Positions 32,432 through 39,818 of a DNA stretch of 39,818 bases are shown piece after piece. The stretch is from Ionaspis alba (lineage: Eukaryota). The DNA lies in contig CAXUUL010000065.1 of NCBI GenBank assembly GCA_964255285.1, positions 1 to 39,818 on the forward strand. Reading direction: 5' to 3'. The notes under the pieces were generated by a model. It saw only the letters and a list, made by a program, of their open reading frames with translations, made no database searches and was not told the DNA's origin. How positions within the stretch are numbered: the stretch's first letter is position 1; every line of letters starts with the position of its first letter. The position numbers and the translations under genes are program-made.

Positions 32432-35400
32432 TCAAGATTTCCTTCTTTTCCCTTTGCCCTTCGCAGAAGCCGGCGGGCTTGGGGTCTTAGACAGTACTGG
32501 AAAGTCCTCACTGACCTCCTGCCGACTCTTCTCCTCTACGAGACTTAGTTGTAATGCGAAGTCTAAATCGTCCACTTCTGGCAGATTGCTGTTCTCACTA
32601 GAAGCTTGAGCTCGAGGAGGAGATCGCGACGGCGACCTGCGACTTTTGACATACTTTATTGGAAATGCCTTTGAGGGGCCCGGCATGAAATTTGCGGAAA
32701 GCGAGTCTTCGTTCTCCTCCAAGCTCAACCTGATGGCTTCAGCGATGTCTGCATCGACTTCTTCATTTTCCACCTTGTTCTGTCCTGTTGGAGCTCTCGT
32801 TTTGTCAATAAAAACCTTGCTGCTTCGGATATCACCGTCTTCACTCTCGCTTTTCCTCCTAGCCTCGTCAGTCTTGGAAGCTTCCTCACTTAGGAGGGTT
32901 GCATAAGCCATGATCTCGTCCTCGCTCGCACCAGGACCTAGGAGATCAACACCATATCGAGCTGCTAGCCTCTGTTCTTCTTTTCGTCGGTTCTCCTTAT
33001 CTCGCTCGAGCTCCATCTTCTCGTTTGCGATATAGTCTTTTAGAGCACCACGGCCAGTTACGCTGAACTTCTCGCCACCTTGATTACTTCCACGTTCCGA
33101 CCTCCTTACGCGCCTCTTGCTGCTCTTGTATTGGTCTGCCGCAGAAGAACTATAGCTCCAGTAGCGGAGATGGGTACCAAGGGATACCATGCCTCGAAGG
33201 ACAGTGGGGTCAGGATCCAAACAGACAGCGCCGGCCGCAAAGAGATTGATGCCTACACCTTGAGGCGAAGCTTCAGCTTGCACGAGTCTTCGACGAGCTC
33301 GAGACGAGAAGCGCGAATTCAGAGTTCGGATTGGCTGGGTGTTCGAGGCCAAAGGATCCCAGGCCTGAACGAGACCGTCGTTGCCTCCATGCACGAGATA
33401 TAGAGCCGAGAGAGCCAGGCAAGAAATCTGGGGTGAATCTGTGTGGATAACTCGAATCGGCTCAATGACATTGGTGACTTCAGTAGTGTCCGAAACAGTA
33501 GCGCGCATGTTCCAAACAAGTACGGTTCCGAGCTTTGTGCCAGCAGCTAAGAAACGTGCACGCTGGCCAGGTATATCAGAAGGGGAGCCCGGCGGAGGCA
33601 TCCGGCCAAGTGGAGACGACAATGGTGATGAAGCACTTGAAGAGCCGGTCATGCTAAGTAATGGATCCCCCGAGATGGTAAGCAAAGACATGCTAGACAT
33701 ATCCATAGCCGTCGTCATAATCTGGGTGGACTTTAGACTGCCGAAAGAGAAGACAGAGACACGCCACTCCTCGGCAATGCTCGCTGAGGAGGTACGATGG
33801 TCGGATGCATGAGCAGAGTTGCTCTGCTTTGGAGTTAGCCGATCGAACGACCATGTTTGTGTGGTAGATCCACCCGTTGTGTCTCCAAAGATGGAGGTCC
33901 CTGCCCGAGATTTTGTAGGTGTAGGTGACTGACGATCGAGATCCAAGAATCCTTGATATCCGGATTGATCGACATTGCATCGAGTGAATCTTTTGATGCT
34001 TGCGGTAGAGTCCTCCTCCAGACCACACGAGAAGACGAAGACAGCCTCACCAGCTCCATTTCCATCGTCCCCAACGAAGTCGACCTCGAGCCGTCTTCTC
34101 ATGTCCCAGCCCTCACAAACCTCTCGGAAGTGCTTTGGCCGCTGCTTCAAGAATTGCTCAATCTCCTTCGTCTCAGCAGTAATTTGTTGCTTGCTCAGTC
34201 CTGTACCATTCCATGACGACCTTGGCGAATAGCTGCCGTCTAGACCAGATCGATCGAAAGGATCAGTCCGTGCTATACGACGTGTGGTCTCGATCAAGTT
34301 CCAGCAAACCGTCCGACCAGACTCCCACGCCAGCTCATCTAGCTTCTGTTCGTTGAGCTTCGCCGCGGACTCGGTGAGTGTCTGGGCGGGCAGGTCGTTT
34401 AAGTAAAAGACTTCGCCGAGGGCGTTGAGAACAACAGCCCAGATACGACGCTTTTCTAGGCGGTATGGGGACAAGTTTTCATCAACAGAGATTGCTATGA
34501 TCGGGACGCCTGGGCTCAGGGCCCATCGCGCCGTGATCTCACCTCGTTCAAAACGCGGCCCACTAAGACTATTTGTGCCTAGAGAGTAAGCTGTTAAGAT
34601 GCCGAAAGAGGAACCAGATAAGATGCCAATGAGCCCCTCGGTTATTAAAGGGATGTTGGACTGCTTTGCAATCCAGACGCTACACATAGACTCCCTTGAT
34701 GCTTCCAGTCGAGGTATACCGAGTTCCGGCGACGATTGAGAGCGGGAGCTAGCAAGAAGCCGACCGCGCTGTTCTTCGGTGGAGCGATAATACACGAGGC
34801 CTCCGGGCGATCCATCGGCAACGACCATGCCATGCTGCTGACTGACATCCATTGAATTGGGAACCCCGACAACGTCGCCTGCCCCAAGGCCATACTCGGC
34901 ATCACCAGGGAAACGTTCTGTAAATTGAAGAAAAGAATGAGGATCCAAGAATCCCCAGACGTCGACTTTGCCGTTGTTTGGATCACTCGAAGAGGAAGAT
35001 CCCGTCTCGTCAGCTCCGTGCATGAAGCGAGGCAACCTTTTGTTCAGACCAGTACCGAAGAACGCGTCAAGGTGATTGACTGTAGAAAATAGATTGGAGT
35101 TATAGGTGATCTGGGCGTTGCCACTATGTCCCGGTCCTGAACGAGAAGACCCGCCAGTTCCAGTGCCTTGAAACAGTGCGGGCTTGCCTCGGCCAAGAGA
35201 TCTTAGTAGTCGAGTTCGAAGAATATACTCGCTACGCCACGAAGCAAGAGCTGTGAGTCTGGCAAACACGCGTCTCTCCGATACAACATTGTCACACTCT
35301 TCGCTCGTTGTAGAAGAGGCTAAGTCAAGGGCAGACAGTGCCTCAGATCCTGGGAAGTACCTTGAGAAAGCAATTCGCCACGCATGCGGTGTAGTGACAA

Positions 35401-35929
35401 GATCATGAAAACGACGTGACACGAGAGACACGGCGGAAAGCGTCGTAGGAGGCAAATGGGAAAGTATGTGCGTCAAAACCTCTTGGCACTATTTAGCAAA
35501 CGTTTTGATCGATGAAAAGTCCAGCGACCTACCATTTGGAAAGTCCACAATTGTGGACGTGCCAGGAACAGCAGCCTTCTTGGCCTTCTGAATGACCTTG
35601 AAACCTGGTCCTGAGTCATTCCGCCTCGGTGATGGTGTCAATGCTCTTTCATATTCTGAGATGCGATCAATGGATGCGCGTGTCTTTGGTGGTAGCTCCG
35701 GTCTCAATCCTTTTGAAAGTGCCTCCAGCGATGTAGTGGATCCGGAGGAAGACCAGCCGCACTCGAGTGGTCCATTCGGCAATCTCTGCGCGTCTCCGTG
35801 ATCAGCCAGGCGAGAAGGGCTGGGAGATCGTGCATAGTGACGATTGAGTCCATGATGGCGTTGAGAAGAATCTTCGGAAGTGGTTGCTGGTATGAATTGA
35901 TTGGATGCTTCGAGAGGGCTTGATTGCAT
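32432..35929 (-). CDS. F-box/WD40 protein with C-terminal UIM-like motifs (Pof10/Ufo1-like)
   Basis: Exons 35929-35533 and 35481-32432. F-box: IVDFPNEVLTHILSHLPPTTLSAVSLVSRRFHDLV. WD-like motif: ISCLALSALYLVHGGNDGLVQAWDPL. UIM-like motifs: DADIAEAIRLSLEE and DDLDFALQLSLVEE. Confidence 0.88.
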
Positions 35930-36187
35930 ATAATTTGGAGAAAAAGGTTGACAAGTTTATTTTGACTGAGCCTGTGTCGGGTCAGTCAGTTCGTCAAGGA
36001 GAAAATTCGTGATAGTGATGGTTGATGTGGACAGAATTTGGTCTGACGTTGGAGAAATGACATGACACGGTCGTTTCGTGCCGAAACCTGATCGCGTAAC
36101 GGAGCCGCGTAGAGCGCGATGCATAATTTACGCAGTCTACTCAGTGCCCGTAGGGTGTCACCATTGAGTTGATAATGGATTTTAGAC

Positions 36188-38522
36188 ATGCGAGCACCGG
36201 GTCATTGCTTTTCTCTTGCAATTCGTCATAAAAGACTACACAGCCAGAGCGCTATCACGGATTTGCCAATAATACACATCAGCAAGGCAACTTTCTATCG
36301 AAAGCATCCGTCACCGTCGTCCGATGAGGATTTTAATCCAGCTCTCTTCCCAGACCTGAATTTTTCCCTTCCGTCATTTACCGGCAAGCCAAAATACTGG
36401 TCGATCATTGGCCCATCAGCATCAGGAAAGACCACATTTCTGGAAATTCTTCGCGGGCAGCATCTATGCTTGCCTCCCACTGCGAGATCCTTCCCCTACT
36501 TAGCTTCCGATGATAAACGTCGACACAATCCGGAGCTACGGACGCCATCCCGGGCCATACAGTATGTTGGTTTCAACAGCAAAGGAGATCGGCTTGGTGC
36601 GCTGGACATTCAGGGCGCTTACTTGAGTGCACGGTACGAGAGTCGGAAAGAAGTGACAGATTATTCATTGTTTGATTATCTCCAAGGCAATACAAGTTTG
36701 AATCCTTTAGAGAAAGATATCACCAAAAGCGACAGTGAAGCCCGCTTAGAAATACTAGATCGTGTAATTGAGGACCTAAAGCTCAAGAAACTTGTGGATT
36801 TACCAGTTGGGAATCTGAGCAATGGGCAGACGAGGCGGGCACGAATTGCCAAAGCTATGATGCAGAGACCCGAAGTGCTTCTTCTGGATGAGCCTTTCAG
36901 TACGTTCTGACCGCTCTAATCACATGTGGAATCAGCATATTGATACAACGCTTGCAGTGGGCCTTGATCCACCCACGTTGCAGACGTTGTCCCCTCTGTT
37001 ATATCGACTTGCCAAAGCCAATTCGCCCCGAATTGTTCTTACGCTACGTCCTCAGGATCCACTCCCGGATTGGATCACTGATGTGATTTATCTCAATGCT
37101 GATGGACGAATTGCTTTTCAAGGGACAACAAAAATGTTCTTGGAGAAAAAGCACGAGGGAACTCTAATCGTAGATGGTCAACAAATCTACGTGGGGGTGC
37201 AGAACATTTTTTCGCCCGCTCATCAGGTCGAGAAATACGGTCTCAAGTCCAAGTGTGACAATCAGATCCTGAGGAACGATTCTGAAGAAACCCTTGATTC
37301 CGTTGAGCGACTCTTTGGAGACAATGTCAATCGTAATGCTATACCCAAAACTGAATCAACATCTCAACCTCGAACGCACCAGGTAGGGTCTTCAGTAGTC
37401 GAGCCTTTAGTACAGATGGAAGGAGTGAAAGTCAAGTATGGAGATCGGCAGGTTCTCGGTAATTGGAAACAAAACGTCGATGGAGAAGAGAAGGACGGGT
37501 TATGGTGGACTGTCAACCGTGGGGACAGAATCGGCGTCTTCGGACCGAATGGTATGTCAATTTCATAGGTGAAGCATCTATCTTGTCTGATGTTCTTAGG
37601 ATCTGGAAAGACAACTATTCTGTCACTGATCTGTTCCGACCATCCTCAAACATACTCACTACCAATCAAGCTCTTCGGCCGCTCCCGTCTGCCAACACCA
37701 GGTCACCCTGGAATCTCAATCTTTGACATTCAAGCACGGATTGGCCACTCGTCTCCTGAGGTCCATACTTTCTTTCCTCGCAATCTCACGGTTCGTCAGA
37801 CCCTAGAAAATGCCTGGGCTGACACCTTTCTTGGAAAAGCTGTCTTGAACTACGAACGTGATATGGTGGTAGATGCTTGCCTTCGCTGGTTCCGACACGA
37901 ACTGGACCCCAAAGCCGAAGGTGACGACCTCGTGGATACAATTGTACCCATATATCAGACAGGCGTATTTAAGCATGGGAATTGGAATCGGCTGCTCAGC
38001 GCCTACCAGGAAACCGACGTTGATTGGGCGGACTCTGTCCGGTTTCGAGACCTGCCATTTTCTTCACAACGGGTCGCGCTTTTCCTGCGTGCCATCATTA
38101 AGAAGCCCGATCTAGTGTTACTGGACGAAGCTTTCAGCGGCATGGATGAGACGACTCGTGAAAAGTGTATGCTATTCCTGGCAAATGGAGAATCGAAGGG
38201 AATGGTGAAAGGTACTAGGACAACTCGAGGGGGCCGTTTTCAAAGAGTATATAAAGAAGGCATCACTTCGATAGCGCTAGAAGAACAGGCCAAGATCACT
38301 GGGCTCGAGGAGCGTCAAGCACTGCTCTGCGTCAGCCATGTCAAGGAAGAAATCCCAGGCGCGATCACCGATTGGTTGTGTCTGCCTGAACCAAATTCAG
38401 GAAAACCCGTCCGTTTCGGACATATTGAGGGGCAACGAAAGCAGAAGTCATGGTGGGATAAGATCTGGGGTTTATCTAGGTCAACCAAGGCAAACTCAAA
38501 GACGTATAGAGATTATGAATGA
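36188..38522 (+). CDS. Soluble twin-cassette ABC ATPase, ModF/YDR061W-like, possibly mitochondrial
   Basis: Exons 36188-36899, 36958-37551, 37600-38522. Two Walker A motifs (GPSASGKT, GPNGSGKT), the signature LSNGQTRR, Walker B motifs LLLDEPF and LVLLDEAFSGMD, and family motifs YLSARYES and IGHSSPE. No transmembrane domain. Confidence 0.92.
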
Positions 38523-38905
38523 ATACAAATGGGGATTTTTTGGTCTACATATTCCAAGTACGATCTTTGTCTAGTATACTCATTTGATTTACACAGCTGC
38601 AAATCTTTCAGTAACATTTTACATCTGCAACAAGTAGTAATGGCGGCATTCAGACTCGCCGAAGGACTACTAGCAACTGTAACCATCATGCAGAATTGCT
38701 GAGTGATATCAAAATTTACCAAGCCTCAAGTGTCGAACACGGCCGTATGCGGAGGACAGGACAGAAGAGTTGACAAAGCCAGAAAAACGACAACTGCCGC
38801 TTCTAAGAAATCCATGCAAAAGTACGCGGCATGAACACACACGAAGAACTGGCCCCAGAAGTATAATACAGAAGCCTCAAACACCAGCCGAACAGATACT
38901 TCAAC

Positions 38906-39781
38906 TCATCGACCGACACATCGCGACCAGGCTGGACAGTGTCAGTATTGCGGTTTCCAAAACCATTGAACAACTTACTCGGCAGACCACACCCGAAACC
39001 CACAAAAAGGTACAGCAAGAACACGACCACAACCACCAACAGCACCATCAACTTAACATTTTTCCACCACATCCTCCTCCTCAACCCACGACTCCTAACC
39101 CTAAAATCATGGGCCCCAACCCCCAGCCTATCCGTCTTATCAACCAAGAGATCAATCCTCTCTCCCCTCTCCAACACCCTCTCAATATTCTCCGTCATAA
39201 TCCCCCTCACATTCTCAATCTCACTCTGCACATTGCCAATCGCATCCTCTTTCCCCTTCTGCGTTGTCCCATACCCCACCATCAGCCCCTTCAACGTTGC
39301 ATTGAAAGCCGCAGCCCCGTACGGCGGCAATGCTGCGAAATCTGTGTCCTCGGGCGGATAGCGGTCTAGGAATTGCTTCTTTATTTCTACCAGATAGCCG
39401 AAGGGGATGCGCCGGCCGAAAGAGGCAGAGGCGATGACGAGGTAGGTGAGGCCGCCGGCGGAGGGGTCGGCGGAGGGATGATCTGAGGGTGCGTCTGCGA
39501 TGTAGTGGATGAAGTTTTGGTTGTGGGTGTAGGTTAGCTTTTGGGGGGTTTTGTGGTCGATTTTGGGGAGGATGAGGGAGGCAAGGGAGGAGGTTTGGGA
39601 GGAGGCGGAGGTGGTGTGTTCGGTGAGAATTGTGGTGCGGTAGGCGATGCAAGAGCTGCAAGATGGATTAGCTGGTGCATGGACAATGTATACAGTGGAA
39701 GGAGACAAGTATGGGAGCATTGTCGGGTGAAATGGGTGCCTACTAGAGAAGAGGTGTCGTGGGAGTGGATGAGGATGCCAT
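38906..39781 (-). CDS. Longin-domain R-SNARE (VAMP7/Nyv1-like)
   Basis: Three exons. MASSSTPTTPLLY | SCIAYRTTILTEH...longin domain (GRRIPFGYL)...SNARE motif VQSEIENVRGIMTENIERVLERGERIDLLVDKTDRL, then RRMWWKNVKL and a TM helix, GCGLP | TWSRCVGR*. Stop at 38906-38908. Introns are GTAGGC..CAG and GTAAGT..CAG. Confidence 0.93.
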
Positions 39782-39818
39782 GCTGGGTAAACACTGATAA
39801 GAAGACGATATGAAGGTG

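Noticed and set aside
38770..39813. Long + strand ORFs antisense to the SNARE gene, and similar shadow ORFs over VPS15 and the F-box gene
   Set aside because: Explained by the codon bias and low stop frequency of the real gene on the opposite strand.
1..39818. tRNA, rRNA, CRISPR arrays or intact transposons
   Set aside because: I saw no cloverleaf, rRNA-like tract, repeat-spacer array, or transposase/reverse-transcriptase ORF.

Overview
This is gene-dense eukaryotic DNA from a filamentous ascomycete (Pezizomycotina). The assignment rests on short GT-AG introns with CTRAY branch points and on the protein families present. I can support 14 protein-coding genes, in order: the 3' end of a PDR ABC transporter, the ergothioneine synthase egt1 (7 exons), a 5-exon gene with a Cys/His-rich N-terminus that the ORF track misses, a conserved hypothetical gene, VPS15, a Zip2/SHOC1-like XPF-fold candidate, a TauD/JLP1 dioxygenase, an intronless bacterial-looking alpha/beta hydrolase, a HeLo-like + ankyrin protein, ULA1/NAE1, RKI1, a Pof10-like F-box/WD protein, a ModF-like ABC ATPase and a VAMP7/Nyv1 SNARE. 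About 17.5-28.8 kb looks like an accessory block between housekeeping genes. All three 100-N gaps are flanked by exact 55-nt duplications, which is an assembly artefact. The best leads are: (i) an oversized, structured egt1 intron at the methyltransferase/sulfoxide-synthase boundary, whose retention would give a methyltransferase-only isoform; (ii) a predicted pseudoknot in egt1 intron 5; (iii) a hidden upstream exon giving RKI1 a mitochondrial-type presequence; (iv) a recurrent, orientation-independent C-rich to G-rich skew flip near gene 3' ends. All exon models and RNA pairings were worked out by eye. No database search or folding program was run.
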